From NCBI RefSeq assembly GCF_004010195.1, contig NC_057719.1, positions 65,357,751-65,410,420 of the forward strand: 52,670 nt of DNA, given 5' to 3'. Source of the DNA: Chiloscyllium plagiosum. Lineage: Eukaryota. The position numbers and the translations under genes were made by a program. This document shows, in pieces, positions 1-12,958 of the stretch (position 1 is the first letter of the stretch; each line of letters starts with the position of its first letter). The notes beneath the pieces are model-generated. The model saw nothing but the letters and a program-made list of their open reading frames with translations, made no database searches and was not told the origin of the DNA.

Positions 1-59
1 ATTTAGAAGTCAGGGTGGAGATGTAATGCAACATCTGCTCAAACATGGAATACAAATTA

Positions 60-530
60 AAGATGAAAATTAGGAGCAGGAGGAGGTTGTTTGCCTCCTT
101 GAGCCACTCTGCCATTCTCAGATCATGGTTGATCTGACTATTGCCACAACTCCATTTTGCTGAGCCCCTCCTAAAACTTTTGATTTCCGTGATGAAATCT
201 TAACTGAGCCTTGAGTATACTCAGTGGCCCAGTCTTTACTGCTCTGTAGGGAAGAGCGTTTCACAGATTAGTGACATTCTGAGAGAAAATAAATTCCCCT
301 TCATCTCCATCTTAAATGGGAGATCCTTAATTTTTAAAATGCGTCTCCTAGTTCTAGGTGTCCTTAAAAATCTTCGCTTGACTTCTATCCTGTTAAATCT
401 ATTAAGGATATATATGATCAACACTCATTCTTCTGAAATCCAGTGGGTGTAGACTAAAGCAAATTGCTTGACTATTCCACATTAGATAACCCTGCATCCC
501 AGAAATCAGTTGAATGAAGCTGTTATAGCC
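60..530 (-). mobile_element. Degenerate CR1 LINE 3' fragment
   Basis: Reverse strand resembles CR1 ORF2 C-terminus (FKMEMKGNLFSLR, like FKTEMRRNFFSQR) plus 3' UTR. Confidence 0.7.
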
Positions 531-779
531 CTTCTTAAGTTCAAATAAAAACTCTGCCCTAATGGTGAAGACCAAAATCTATCCGAGCTGAATACTATGG
601 AAACATCACAGAAATGGATCCAAACATAAAAGATTAGGCTATTTCAAAAGTGTTCATCATTTGTAATTGATTACAGTGTTTGAATTTTAAAGGGAAGATA
701 TTTTAATCATCTTGATTTGTCTTCAGCACAATTTTGATTAGTAATCATCAATAGCATATAATGGTCTGTAGAGGTACTG

Positions 780-1624
780 GGAGAAAGTAAGGACTGCAGA
801 TACTGGAGATCAGAGTCAAAAGGTGTGGCGCTGGAAAAGCACAGCCAGTCTGCAGCATCTGAGGAGCAGGAGAGTCGATGTTTCGAGCATAAGTTCCTCA
901 TCAGGAATGTTGGAGGGTTGGGGGGGAGGTGGGGAGTGCAAGAGGGCTGAGAGATAAATGGGAGGGGGATGGGGCTGGAGGGAAGGTAGCTGGGAATGCA
1001 ATAGGTGGATGAAGGTGGGGGGGTGATGGTGATGGGTCAGAGTGGAGGGTGGAGCAGAGAAGGAAGATGGACAGGTTGTGTAGGCAGGCGCTGAGGAAGG
1101 AGATGTGGCTGTGGTAGTGAGTTGCTTCAGGACGTGGCTGAAGAGCTTCAGGGCAGAGGAGATGGGGGGATGCAGTGAGCGAGACACTCACTGAGATCCT
1201 TTCAGAGGGCGGAGGAAAACTTCTACAAGGTGGGCATCCTCGCTCTTCTAGGATCTCAGTGAGTCCCTCCCTCACAGCATCCCCCAGGTCATCTCCTTTG
1301 TCCTGACGGTCTTCAGCCACATCCTGAAGCAGACCAGCTCCTACAGCCACATCTCCTTCCTCAGTCCCTGCCTATGCAACCTGTCCATCTTTCTTCCCAC
1401 CTATCTGCTCCACCCTCCACTCCGACCTATCACCATCACCCCCCCCACCTTCATCTACCTATCGCATTCCCACCTACCTTCCCCCAAGCCCCGCCCCCTC
1501 CCATTTATCTCTCAGCCCCCTTGGACACCTCCCAACATTCCTGATGAAGAGCTTATGCTCGAAACATCGACTCTCCTGCTCTTTGGATGCTGCCTGTGCT
1601 TTTCTAGTGCCACAAGCTTTGACT
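780..1624 (-). mobile_element. Non-autonomous foldback Penelope-like element (internally deleted, inverted arms)
   Basis: Arms ~814-1199 and ~1249-1624 are imperfect inverted repeats. Both contain a putative PLE ORF N-terminus (SSALKLFSHVLKQ..YHSHISFLSACL) fused to the 3' end with a CTGATGA..GAAA motif. Flanks carry ataatggtct(g/c)ta at 758-770 and 1625-1637 (TSD-like). Confidence 0.85.
1538..1570 (+). ncRNA. Minimal hammerhead ribozyme motif of PLE (decayed stem III)
   Basis: CTGATGA-A-GAGC-TTAT-GCTC-GAAA-CATC; a mirror copy lies on the minus strand at ~876-904. Confidence 0.6.
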
Positions 1625-4124
1625 ATAATGGTCTCTACTTCAGCTCTAACATTATATTTTCATTAACGACAGTCATAAACTGTTTTAAAGTGCCCTTATA
1701 TATGAGGCAATAATAAAGTAACTCATTGTACTATATTTTTTCTGAGTCAGGTAACTTGATTACTGATAAAATATGTCAGTTCTTTGAAGAATTTATCTGA
1801 ACTTAACAAACAAATAGCAAGAAAAAGAATGCCAAATACTTGGCATTTTAAGTTTTTGAAAATGTTGTTGGAATAACTTATCCTGCAGTCAGTAAAATGT
1901 ATTTAAAGGAATTACTTTAACAGCACTGTGAAAGTATGTGCACATTTTATTGAGTGTGAATGAATGTAGAGTGAAAAGCAAAATCCAGTAGCAAAGGCAA
2001 CAGATTCAAAAAAGTTATTCTACTTCCAATTAGCATGTTTCTACAGTCATCATGGTCAAACAAACAGGACCATTTCTTTCTCAAATTGTGATGATCATAA
2101 ACTGTAACAAGTTATTCTGCTCACAAATCGTTCTTAGAATACTGAATAGGATATGAACATCCCTGACTTTAAGGTGGGAAACTGCAAAGTAATGTGGACA
2201 ATCCTTTAGGGAAATAAATCTGCCATAAATCTGTATAAGGATGGTGTACATATGTCTCCAGATGCATGGCAACATGTTTGACATGTAACTGCCTTCTGAA
2301 ATAGTCTAGCAAGTAATTTAATTTTAGAGCAATTAGGGACAGGCAACCAATGTTTCAATACTACTTACATCCCATCTCTAGACTTTTGTTTAGTTTTAAT
2401 CACGGTATTATCAAATAGATACTGTGAGAATACAGAGGAACCAGTCTGACCTAATCCAGCCCACGTCTGGAAACAAATATCAAGACAGGTGGTTAATCTT
2501 CAGCTAGGTCAAATCTAATCCAATTTGAAGACCTCCCAATTATGAAGGGCATTGCTTCAGATAATTGGGAGGAGTGGTGACTAGTGGAAGGATGGGGAGG
2601 AGGAGGAATGTGCAGAAGTCTTCCAGATAAGTTCAAAGCAGGCACTGATGGTGCTTTTACATTTTCTGTGTAAAATCCAGGTAGAGTTGGCAGCTAAAGC
2701 ATATGTCAGCCTCTTTCAGATAAAGGCCAACATTGCATTTTCTTTTTTATTTGGTTTCAGATTTCTGCAGTAGCTTTTTCATAATTTGTCAATTTAGCTA
2801 TCAAAATCCCTTTGCTCCTCCACAATTTGCAGCCTGCTCCAGGGAGACATGGTTTAATCAGAATCCTTTGTCTATCCCAGCATTGTCATTCTCACTTCCT
2901 TTAGGTTAGGCAGCCAAACACCAGATCCTCTGTCTTTTGCAGATGGAAAATTACTTCTGCAAGCTAGAGAATATTAGCTGAATGGTGATTGTTGATGCTA
3001 ACAAGTATGGACATTGCTCCTATTATGCACTGTTTTACATAGTGTCAAATGAGCAAGGTCTCTTTCCAGTGTTAAGTGTAAAATCATAGATGAGAATTTA
3101 ATGACCGCTATTTGTTTTACATTTGAGTCATAGAGCTGGCTGTGGCAATGGAGACTGAGATTGAACTGATCACTCAGGTTTCCTGAGTTAATTAGAACCA
3201 GAGTTAGTGCAAAGTTCGGAATTCTTTCCACGGTGGAACCAAGTAGAGACTGCCAAAACTCATTCACTCAGCTCTTCCTGAGTGTAATTCAAATGCTGGA
3301 TTCTCCTGCAAACACTTTATTTGCTAGAGGCTTTGAATAGAGGTACTGCACAGATCTGAGGTAACTAGGATATTGTTCAGAAACCTAAGAGAGAAGAATG
3401 TAAATCATTGAAAAATGCTGGGTGGTCACCTTTCAATGGATTCAGGCGAGAAGACAAAAGACACCAGATTACTAAATTACAACAGTGTTCTGAGATCTTC
3501 TGTTTGCTCCCTTTTCCTCTATTTGGATGATTGCCTTTAACTTTCCTAAGCTATGGAAGTAGAATGCTGACTTTGCTCCTAAAGGGAGTGAAATGTAAAA
3601 CTGATTGTAGATGGTCCCTTCACATTTTGTGCAAGCCCCAATATGAGAATCAGCTCCAAAGTCGACTTTGAAGTCAGCTGCAGCACACCATCTCCCACAA
3701 ATATTCTGAATGATCCTGAACTTATATCTATGGCTGGTGTCAAGAATATACACACAAAAAAGGAAATTCTTCTTTCAAATTTACCAGACTTGGCAAGGGT
3801 CCATTGTCAGGGAGCATCATTATCCTACCACCTTAATTATAACAACTGTTAAATATGGTGTTCAGTGAACAGTTCACTTGAAATCTGTGATCTAAATTGC
3901 CTACCAATGACTGCATCACAATCTCATTATCTGTGGGCCTTTATAATTGTGGAAATGTGTAAATCCACACATTCCACACTATAATAAGTGTTTGTGATGA
4001 TCAGTTCAAACTCTTCATGACAATCCTACAATTATTGCCGGATCCAGAATGCCTACAGTTTGTATAACAGCCCTGAAATTAAATCTTTACTGCTGAGGCA
4101 GAAACATCTAAAGTCACACAACCC

Positions 4125-4555
4125 TCGAAAAGAAAAAGAAAATCCACTCATTTCTGTCCTAAAAGTTGAGCCCTAATTTTAAAACATTGTTTCTACCTAC
4201 TTCCTTAAATAAAGAAACCACAACTGCAGGTTTGAGATGTGGTCTCAACAATGCCTTAATTATCGCATAACATCCTTACTTTTATGTCGAATTTCTCTGA
4301 TAATAAAGGCTAGCATGCCATTAGACTGCTTAATCACTTGCTGTACCATCAGACTGACCTTTTGCACGTCATGCACACAAGCAAGTACAACACTATATAT
4401 GTTAGGATTCTGGAGTTATTCACTGGTTAAACAGTGTTCTGTTCATGTTGGCAGGAAGGATTAAAAAATAAGCAATTTTGCATATTCCAAATCAGACTTC
4501 ATCCAAAAGATGTTTGCCCACTCACTTAACTTATCTATATCAGTCTGTATCCTAG
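4125..4555 (-). mobile_element. Old CR1 LINE fragment
   Basis: Reverse-strand similarity to CR1 RT C-terminal region (gcatgccattagactgcttaatcacttgctgtacc; tttgcccactcacttaacttatctatatc). Confidence 0.6.
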
Positions 4556-4629
4556 TTACATTACCGTTTGAACGTTCTTCCTTACTTATTTTTACTTACT
4601 TCCAAGATTAAAAATTGACCTAAGAAAAT

Positions 4630-5630
4630 AAGAAACTTGTGGTAAACTGAAACAGAGTGATGCTTGGAAAATCAGAAGAGGTTCTACAAAACATTGTAGA
4701 TCAAGTAAAATCCACAAATTTAGAAAATAGCCAAAAGACAGAATCAATGGTAGTTGTAAGGGATAACTTAAAAGAAATTAAAGTGATGATGAAAAAGGAT
4801 TGTGTTACTCTGGAACAAGTAGCTAAATTTGTTCTGTTTGGAACATTTAATAGATGTGATTTGTATAGTATAAAGATAGAGATAATAGAATACTAATATA
4901 CAATCGTGGAAATTATTTTGCAACAATGAAGGATGCTTCAATGACAAAACCCCAACTTGTAACAAGGAAAAAGCTACTAAGATGCAAATAGAACATAGAA
5001 CATTACAGCGCAGTACAGGCCCTTTGATCTTTGATGTTGCGCTGTCCTGTGGAGCCAATCTGAAGCCCATCTATCTTACACTGTTCAATTTTCATTCATT
5101 GTTTATCCAATGACCATTTAAATACCCTTAAAGTTGGTGAGTCTACTACAGTTGCAGGCAGTGCGTTCCACGCCCCTACTACTCCCTGAGTAAAGAAATT
5201 ACCTCTGACCTGTCCTATATCTACCACCATCCACTTTGCTGATTATCTCAAAAACTTGGACAGTAAATAAAGGTCTGTGGAAGGAAATAAAGGCTTTTCT
5301 AAAGTGGATGCTAAGACATATATTACAAGTACCAAGTAAAAACCACAAGACAAATGAAAAGGTGCTTGAAATTGCAAGAAAACAAAGAAATCTACAAATG
5401 TGACAACCAGAGGGAAAAAAAATGATGCCAATGTTTCAGTCATTTGTTCAGAGTTTTAAGAAGAAGTTAGAGATCTTCACTAAAGGACAAAATGAAGAAC
5501 AGCAGAAAGAATGGTCAATCTTGGTGTAGCTGGATGACAGATGTCACGGCATGGTTGTAGATGAGTTACAAAGGATGTATGAGGATGATACTAGACAGCC
5601 AATCATGATAGCAAGTCTCCTGCTTGAAGC
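4630..5630 (+). mobile_element. Degenerate RTE-clade LINE relic, interrupted by CR1
   Basis: ORF 4657-4896 SEEVLQNIVDQVK..QKTESMVV..LEQVAKF resembles the RTE RT thumb (SEEELQ..KTK.MV..LEQV..FKYLG); appears to resume after 5240. Confidence 0.55.
4988..5230 (-). mobile_element. CR1 LINE 3' end
   Basis: Reverse tail atagaacatagaacat and CR1 3' UTR (gcgcagtacaggcccttt; gcgttccacgcccctactactc). Confidence 0.8.
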
Positions 5631-5800
5631 GGTTACAAGCAACAGCAGCATTCTGAAAAGTGTAAAATAGTTTACTGATAGATGGTTTAGATTTGTGTGC
5701 GCACATTTTCTAATGAGCTTTCTAATGAAAGCCATATACTAGGAGTCAAATTACACATCTTCATTTGATTCGCACTGGACTATCGTGTCCTTGAAACATA

Positions 5801-6876
5801 TGTTACAGACCAGACCAAACCAAATCCCATCCGAATATTAAGAAGTTAGTCTGGACTCTAACCTTTTCTTATTTTAAATGTAAGTGTAAGGCTTTGTGTT
5901 CCAGATGCAATTCAATTGGTCAAACAAGCTTTAAGCAAAACACACTTTTTTTACACACTATAATTTAAATAAAGACAAAATAAAAATAAAAGAATCGGCT
6001 TAACTGCAACTCTACTGAAATGCTTAACAAAATTATATATATATATATTAACTACCATATATACTCTTGTAATAGTCGATTTTTTGACTACTTTTTGAGG
6101 TTAAATTTATGGGATCGACTATTATATAGATATTACTTTTGAGGGGCTGAAATTCATGCCCGTCAAAATTCATACCATACCATTAGCAGAAGTCCAACTG
6201 ATCTCGAAATGAATAAAGAAAACAAAAATGAATTATGGTAATTCTGAAAACCCGGAGCAGAATAAAACAGCCAGCGGACTGGAAGACCGGGAGTGGAGCG
6301 GAAAAACTGGCAGACTGGAATCTGGAGCATGACGTGATGGTGGCACATTGATTCATAAATGTTGATCTGTTATCTGTAAAGAACTAGGGTCGACTTTGAT
6401 ACGAGATATTTGGAAAATTCCAGGTTATTTGGCCAAAAATAAGGGGTTGACTTTTACATGAGAATGACTGCTACTTGAGTATACAGGTACTATTAATCAA
6501 CTGTTCCTATATAGTAACATCCTTTGAACCCAGCCTTGGCAAAGGCAAATTCAGTAAAATAGATGGTCTTACAGTCAATTCTACCAGCAGGAAGAGAATC
6601 CCAGCTTTTAGCTGTAACAGAGAGAGGAATAACAGCTTCCACATCCAGCTTAAAAACTCCAGCACTGAAAGCTGAAACTTAAAAAAATCTTGGTTCTGTG
6701 GTTACTTAACCCCACCCTTTCAGGCTGCTTCTTTTGTTCTAACTTAAAAAAAAACTTAAGGCCTTACATTGCTGTTTACTTTATTGGCTTTGAGCAGACC
6801 ACTCACTAATTCTGTTTCAACCTTTTTTTGTTAAGAAGAAAGGACAAAATGCACCTCTTAAAGCTGTATAATCACT
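5801..6876 (-). mobile_element. Solo LTR (Gypsy-like), inserted into a CR1 fragment
   Basis: Begins TGTTAC and ends ATCAC(T). Flanks cata/tata form a 4-bp TSD with one transition. Removing it restores the CR1 sequence ttgaaacatataagattctt. Confidence 0.65.
6055..6487. mobile_element. Tc1/mariner-superfamily (Tc2/pogo-like) MITE nested in the LTR
   Basis: TA TSD (6053-54, 6488-89). Degenerate TIRs CCATATATACTCTTGTAATAGTCGA and revcomp CCTGTATACTCAAGTAGCAGTCA. No ORF. Confidence 0.75.
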
Positions 6877-7250
6877 TATATAAGATTCTTGAGGGATTTG
6901 AAACTGTAGATGCACAAAGGTTGATTCTCCTTGTGAAAGAGTTTAGGACCAGAGAGCATACTCTCAGAATATGGGATTGAATTTATGACAGAGATGAGAA
7001 GAAATTTCTTCTCTAAGAGAGTAGTCAATCTGTGGAATTAATTCCTGCAGAAGGCTTTTGAGGCTGAGTCATTAAGTATATTCAGTGCTGATATTCAGGC
7101 ATATTTTTAATTCATAAAATAATTGAGGGTTATAGGGAAAAGACAGGAATGTGGAATTGAGGATTATCAGGTCAACCGTAATCACATTGAATGGCTGAGC
7201 AGACATAATGGGCTGAATGGCCTATTTCTGTTCTAATATCTTATGGTCAT
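6877..7250 (+). mobile_element. CR1 LINE 3' fragment
   Basis: gagatgagaagaaatttcttctct..gtcaatctgtggaatt; 3' UTR gggctgaatggcctatttctgttctaatatcttatg. Confidence 0.8.
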
Positions 7251-8279
7251 ATCTTACCTGGTTACATTAGATCCACTTTGATCATAAATGTAGAGGGTGA
7301 CATTACACATTCTGGGACTGACAATGGTTACTGTAAGCACCTGTATTTATTGACCAAAAAATACATATTGTAGTTATAATTAATGCTTTTGGAATACTGT
7401 ATGTACTTCGGCCTCGATTCTCGACACTTTGCTACATAGCATGATGCATTTTTGTTTCCCTGATTTTCGATGAGGGTGCTTAACAAATCATATGTTTTAA
7501 TATGAAGACTGATCCTTCCACTTTCACATTGCATTTGAACTGCAGAAAGTTAAAAAGAACCTCAAACCTATTGTTAAATGAGGTTCATTCATTTATTTTA
7601 CATGGCACAAGCTGACCAAAGTCATTTGAAATAATTGAGTGTATGCACAGGATATTATTTCAAATAATCTGATGGGCTGCTTTACATGCTGGTTGTTTTG
7701 ATGAATTCTTTCATCCCAAAACTGTCCAGCACCTCGCCTTCACAATTTCACAACACGAAAATTATCAGGACTAAGCATGGTTTGTGCAGCATCAATTGTC
7801 ATTTTCCAGCCAAAGAACACACATTGCGGACTGATGCTTACAAATCAAAACATCAAGTACTTTGTCTTTTTCACACGTGAAGAGTTTTCTTTTTAAAATG
7901 TTGCCGATTTCAGGAATGTATGTTGTACCTAACTTATTAATTGAATAAATAAAATGCAATCTATCAAACTGTTTTCTTCAGATATATTGTTGTAGCAGAT
8001 AAATCTTTCCTTTGAACAAATGTAGCATATTTAAAGAAAGGGTCACATGGTTGTGAAAGGGAGCAACCACAGTTCTATTGTAATCAACTGAGTCAGTATG
8101 TTGAGGTTTTGGGCAATTTGGAGTCGATTTTGCTTAAAGAGCAATCAACTGTTCAGGACCTCCTTGAAGAAGAAAATAACATTTGGGAGTTACCAATCAA
8201 ATGCGGTTTTCATTAATAACATTTAGTTTAAACTGAATAATTTTCCTTGTCGAGGTTGCTGAGACATCAGAAATTATTT

Positions 8280-8645
8280 TTTTAATTCACTCATGGGATA
8301 TGGGCATCATTGGCTGGCCAGCATTACTTGCCTGACCCTATCTACCCTCGAACTGTGTAGCTTGCTAGGCCATTTCAGAGGGCAGGTGAGTGTCAACCAC
8401 ATTGCTGTATGTTCAGAGTCACATGTAGACCACACCAGATGAGGATGACAAATGTCCATCCTTGAAGGACATTAGTGAGCTAGATGGATTTTTATGAGAA
8501 TGAGCAATGGTTTCATGGTCATCAGTGGATGCTTAATTCAGATTTTTTGTTTCATTGAATTCAAATTCCATTACCTGCCTCGGTGAGAATCAAACTCAGG
8601 GCCCCAGAACATTAATTGAGTCTCTAGATTAATAGTCTAGTGAAA
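8280..8645 (-). mobile_element. Shark tRNA-derived SINE with LINE-derived tail
   Basis: Same family as 11070-11400 and 16775-17080; tail matches the 3' end of the LINE at ~25980-26060. Confidence 0.65.
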
Positions 8646-8670
8646 GCAAGTTTTCACTTTGTGTTCTTTC

Positions 8671-9009
8671 CATAGAATCCCTACAGTGTGGAAACAGGCC
8701 ATTTGGCCCAACGAGTACACACTGACCCTCTGAAGAACATCCCACCCCAATCCATCCCTTTACTCTATTCCTATAACCATGTGTTTCCTATGGCTAACTC
8801 ACCTAACCTACATATCCCTGAACATTATGGAAAATTTAGCATGGCCAATCCACCTAATTTGCACATCTTTGGAATGTGGGAGGAAACCGGAGCACCGAGA
8901 GGAAACCTGCGCAGATTGGGAGAACATGGAAACTCCATAGAGGCAATCGTTTCCCAGGCCCCAGGTGCTGTGAGGCAACAGTGCTAACCACTGAGCCACT
9001 GTGTTGCCC
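8671..9009 (-). mobile_element. HE1-type V-SINE
   Basis: Reverse of GGGCAACACAGTGGCTCAGTGGTTAGCACTG head, V-domain (ggtttcctcccacattccaaagatgtgc) and CR1-like tail. Confidence 0.85.
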
Positions 9010-9734
9010 ATTTTATTTTCACTATCAACTCTGCTTAATTTTCCTGATTCAAGTTTACCCAGTTTGCAGTTTGTTCTTGCCTTACTCCCTCAAAGGCTTT
9101 TGTTTCCATAATCCAAGCATCTTCTCATATGTCACCAAGTTGTCATTTTTGATGCATAGGCCTAGCAGCCAGTTAGTGCTGGCAGGCATCTGAAATAGAG
9201 GGATTTGGACCACCTTAACTCTATGGTCAAACAGATTTCCCAGGAGTGATTATTAATTCTGATTAGAAGTAAGTCATATACCTGGCTGTATTTTGACTTC
9301 TCTTTCCTAACCAAGCACGATGGTATAATTCATAATTCTCCACCTGGGACTTTATTGAGGTCATCCATCCAAGAACAGTTTGGAAGTGACCCTGGCATTT
9401 AGTGTACCAATGATTTAGTTTTAGTTTAGATAACAGATCACCCAAAATGGAAACTTCTCAACCACCTCCTGGAATTCTAGCCAAATAGTATCCTCAGTGA
9501 AGGCTGATGGAGTGTCAGGAAATAAAAACAGTGGGCCTATTGTTCCTGAGTAACTGAGAAGTGCATACAACTATCATGGGACAGAACAAGAAACAATGTG
9601 GGAAGTTGGGAAGTTTTGCAAGTTTCAGAATCAAGTTGGATTAAAGCAGGGAGCAATATTGAACTTTTCCACTCCCTGAATGTCAGGGACGTTTTTAACT
9701 GAGTAAGTGAGACAAGAAGTGCCGTTGTCAATGA

Positions 9735-10450
9735 CTTTTACAGATTACATTGATCTATGTGGCAGGGGTTGAACATGAGTGAGTACCTGGAGGACTGATG
9801 AAAAACCCTGAAGACGGGGATTATGTAGATCAGTATATCACATACCAAGAAATGGAACTGCAGTTTGAGCAAAGAGAAGTGGATAAGAGTGAAAGTAAAA
9901 TGATCATGGATGAATGCTTGGAGAAAATGTGTTATTTCAAGTACTTGGGGTAACTGGTAGAAGAAGATGGAAGCATCAAAATGAAAATGAAACAACAGAT
10001 TAGCTCTGGATGGAGTAACTGGTGGAGTGTTCAGTGATAAAAATGTTTTGCTGAAATTGAAAGGAAGAATTGATAAGACAGTTGTGAGACTGGCCTTGCT
10101 AAAGAGGGATAATATTTGGATATTAATGGGACACTGATGCTGAAACGGAAGTGTGGCGCACTGGCAAAGAACAAAATCAGGAACTGTCACTACAGGTGAT
10201 CAGTGAAGATTGTGGGAGCATTGAATAAAGTAGCCGAGAAGAGATAGAATTGGTCGGGTCATTTGTTTACCTGAGGGAGAGGAAATGTGATGAAGCAACT
10301 GATAGAGATGGGATTGAGAGGACAAAAGAGAAAAGGAAGACCCAAGACCAATGGAAAGATGTAGTAGTAAGAGACTGAACTGCAGTGGGATTGGAACAGG
10401 AATTGATGACTGACAGGAGGAGATGGAGAATGATGATCAACCCAGGCAGC
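9735..10450 (+). mobile_element. Degenerate RTE/BovB-like LINE 3' part
   Basis: Translates to FKYLG..EEDG..GVFSDKNVLLKLKGRIDKTVVRLALL, matching RTE consensus GVLCDK..LKLKG.IY.TVVRPA. Confidence 0.75.
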
Positions 10451-10679
10451 CCAACATACATGTCAAATATACTTCTCAATTTGTATTGCTACCTTCAAAG
10501 ATTTCTGTCGTAACCCACAGTGTCTATATTGCTGGATCCCTTTTATTAACAGTTAGACAAATGAGGAAATTGCACAATATATTCACTTACCTCAGAAAGA
10601 GAATACATTATATTAAATTCAATCAACCATGTTAGCTTAACTCAAAGGGCTTGGAAACCAATAAATTTTGTAGTTGAAG

Positions 10680-10925
10680 GTTAAATATTGGTCAAAATCC
10701 TGGGAGGACTTCCATGCTCATTCTGCAAACGTCAATGTATTTCCAACATTGACCTGAAAATACATGGGCTGTCTTTTATGATACCATACAAAAGACAGCA
10801 TGTTAGAAATGCAGCAGTCCTCTGATAATGAAATGTTGAGATCGATAGTGCACCTGAATATCTGATTGGGATTAAACCCCAAGGTTTCCGAGTTCGCATG
10901 AAGTGTGACCATTCAATTAAGGTGA
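10680..10925 (-). mobile_element. Ancient DeuSINE (SacSINE1-like) relic
   Basis: Degenerate match to recalled Deu domain and head (aaagacagca..tgcagcagtcctctga..gggattaaaccccaaggtttccgagtt). Confidence 0.5.
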
Positions 10926-11069
10926 TTATTTTTACACTCTGTAAGAAGGGATAAACCCTTTAAATATCATTTTAGTTATACATTTTAAGTAACTCTGAGG
11001 CCATCTTGAGAATGTCTTCTTCAACTCGACAGCTGGTTTCCAAATTGTCACACTGCATTTAGATTTTAT

Positions 11070-11400
11070 CTGTTCATGGTTTGCGGGTGTTGCTTGAAAC
11101 AACAGCAATTATTGCACATCCCTAATTGCTCAGAGGGCATTTGGAGTTAATTATATTGCTATGGGCCTGAAATCATGTGCAGGTTCAGGTTAGGCTGCCA
11201 GATTTCCTTTCTAAAATGTATTAGTAAACTAAAGTGATTTTTACAACAATCATCATCACCGTCATCATCAGGCTTGGCTTTTTAAAATTCCATATGTTTT
11301 AAAAATTGAATTCAAGTTTCATAATCAGCCATTGAAGGGTTTGAACCCATGTCCTGATAATGTTAGATTCAGTTTCTGGATTATTACCACTGCATCACTA
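11070..11400 (-). mobile_element. Shark tRNA-derived SINE (same family as 8280-8645)
   Basis: gcacatccctaattgc..agagggcattt..ttgaattcaag..ttgaacccatgtcc..ctggattattaccactgcatcac. Confidence 0.6.
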
Positions 11401-12414
11401 CTTAAAAATAGGATTGATGCCTGATTCATTATAATACACTATTTGATACATGGGTTGGTGTAATAAAGTCCTCAAATTAATGTGAATAAAAACATTTTAA
11501 AGAAACTCTTTGAACTGATTTTGAAGCTATTTTTATGCTAATTCTATTAATGGATCAGCTGACATATACTACAAAGTCTGGTAAATATCAAAGCGATTTT
11601 ACAGTTCCTACTTAAATCAGAAGAAAAATCTGAAAGGTGCTTAAGGATTTCTTAGTGGTGCTAACTAGGAAAATTTTGGTTGACTGAACTAATTAGAAGA
11701 TTAAATATCAGACTTTATGATCTGTAAAACCTATAGTACTTTCATGTGACAGTAACATGACTATTCATTTACAGCAACATTCGTTCTTTGTACCGAAGCT
11801 CAACAGCAGTATCTTGAATTTATTTATTACCTGTTTTCTGGCAAAAATGCACAGCCTTTTTCCTTCATAATGGAGGATTTAGGCACAAGGCAGTTAGTGG
11901 AGGGTCAAGCAAGCTGACCAGAGGGATGGTCAAAGAGGAATGTTTGTGATGGTTTTTAACCTGAAGTAGGGATTTAATGCTACCTAAATGACTTTATTCC
12001 TTCTGCCACTAATGGTCAGATGGTGATAGATGGGGGAATTGCTGTATGGGAAGCCGAGAATTTAAAGGCACTCTGTAGCTGATCTAGGAACCTGGTACCA
12101 GGAAGGCAAGGAGGGTAGTACCTATTTAAATCCTGGAAGGTTTTTGTCAGTCACACATCCGGTGCACTTCCTTCAACCCCTGCTGGTTTTATTCCAGCAT
12201 AATGTATTTTTTGTGTCAAAGACCATTCTCAGTATGAGTGCCGAGTCTTTCCTTTCTCTGAGGGTTTTTCTATTATCTGAACCAAGTAACATATACCACC
12301 AAGTCTGGGCTTTTGTTAAGATAGATATCTTGAAGTTTATTGACAACACTAGCCATCTATGTTGTTATAAGATCTTAGACTCGTGTATAGTCTGGGTCCT
12401 GATGTCATAGCTGC

Positions 12415-12958
12415 ATGGAATTCAATGTAGCTAAGTGTGAGGTGATTCACTTTGGGAAGAATAACAAAAAGATGGGGTACTGGGCTAATGGTCGGATACT
12501 TGGTAGTGTGGATGAGCAGAGGGATCTTGGTGTCCATGTACACAGATCTCTGAAAGTTGCCACCCAGGTAAATAGTGCGGTGAGGAAGGCATATGGCGTA
12601 CTGGCTTTTATTGGTAGAGGAATTGAGTTCCGGAGTCCTGAGGTCATGATGCAGTTGTATAAGACTCTGGTGCGGCCGCATCTGGAATATTGTGTGCAGT
12701 TTTGGTCACCATACTATAGGAAGGATGTGGAGGCACTGGAACGGGTGCAGATAGGTTCTTCACTCAGCGAGTTGTAAGTTCATGGAATGCCCTGCCAGTA
12801 GCAGTGGTGGACTCTCCCTCTTTATGGGCATTTAAGCGGGCATTGGATAGGTATATGGAGGATAGTGGGTTAGTATAGGTTAGGTGGGCTTGGATCGGCG
12901 CAACATCGAGGGCCAAAGGGCCTGTACTGCGCTGTATTGTTCTATGTTCTATGTTCTA
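12415..12958 (+). mobile_element. 5'-truncated CR1 LINE with internal deletion
   Basis: ORF MEFNVAKCEVIHFG..QRDLGVHVH..LYKTLVRPHLEYCVQFWSPYYRKDVEALERVQ jumps directly to FFTQRVV; tail (tctatgt)n. Confidence 0.92.

Noticed and set aside
816..1350. Pro/His/Ser-rich ORFs
   Set aside because: Low-complexity translation of the PLE pyrimidine-rich UTR in a palindromic element
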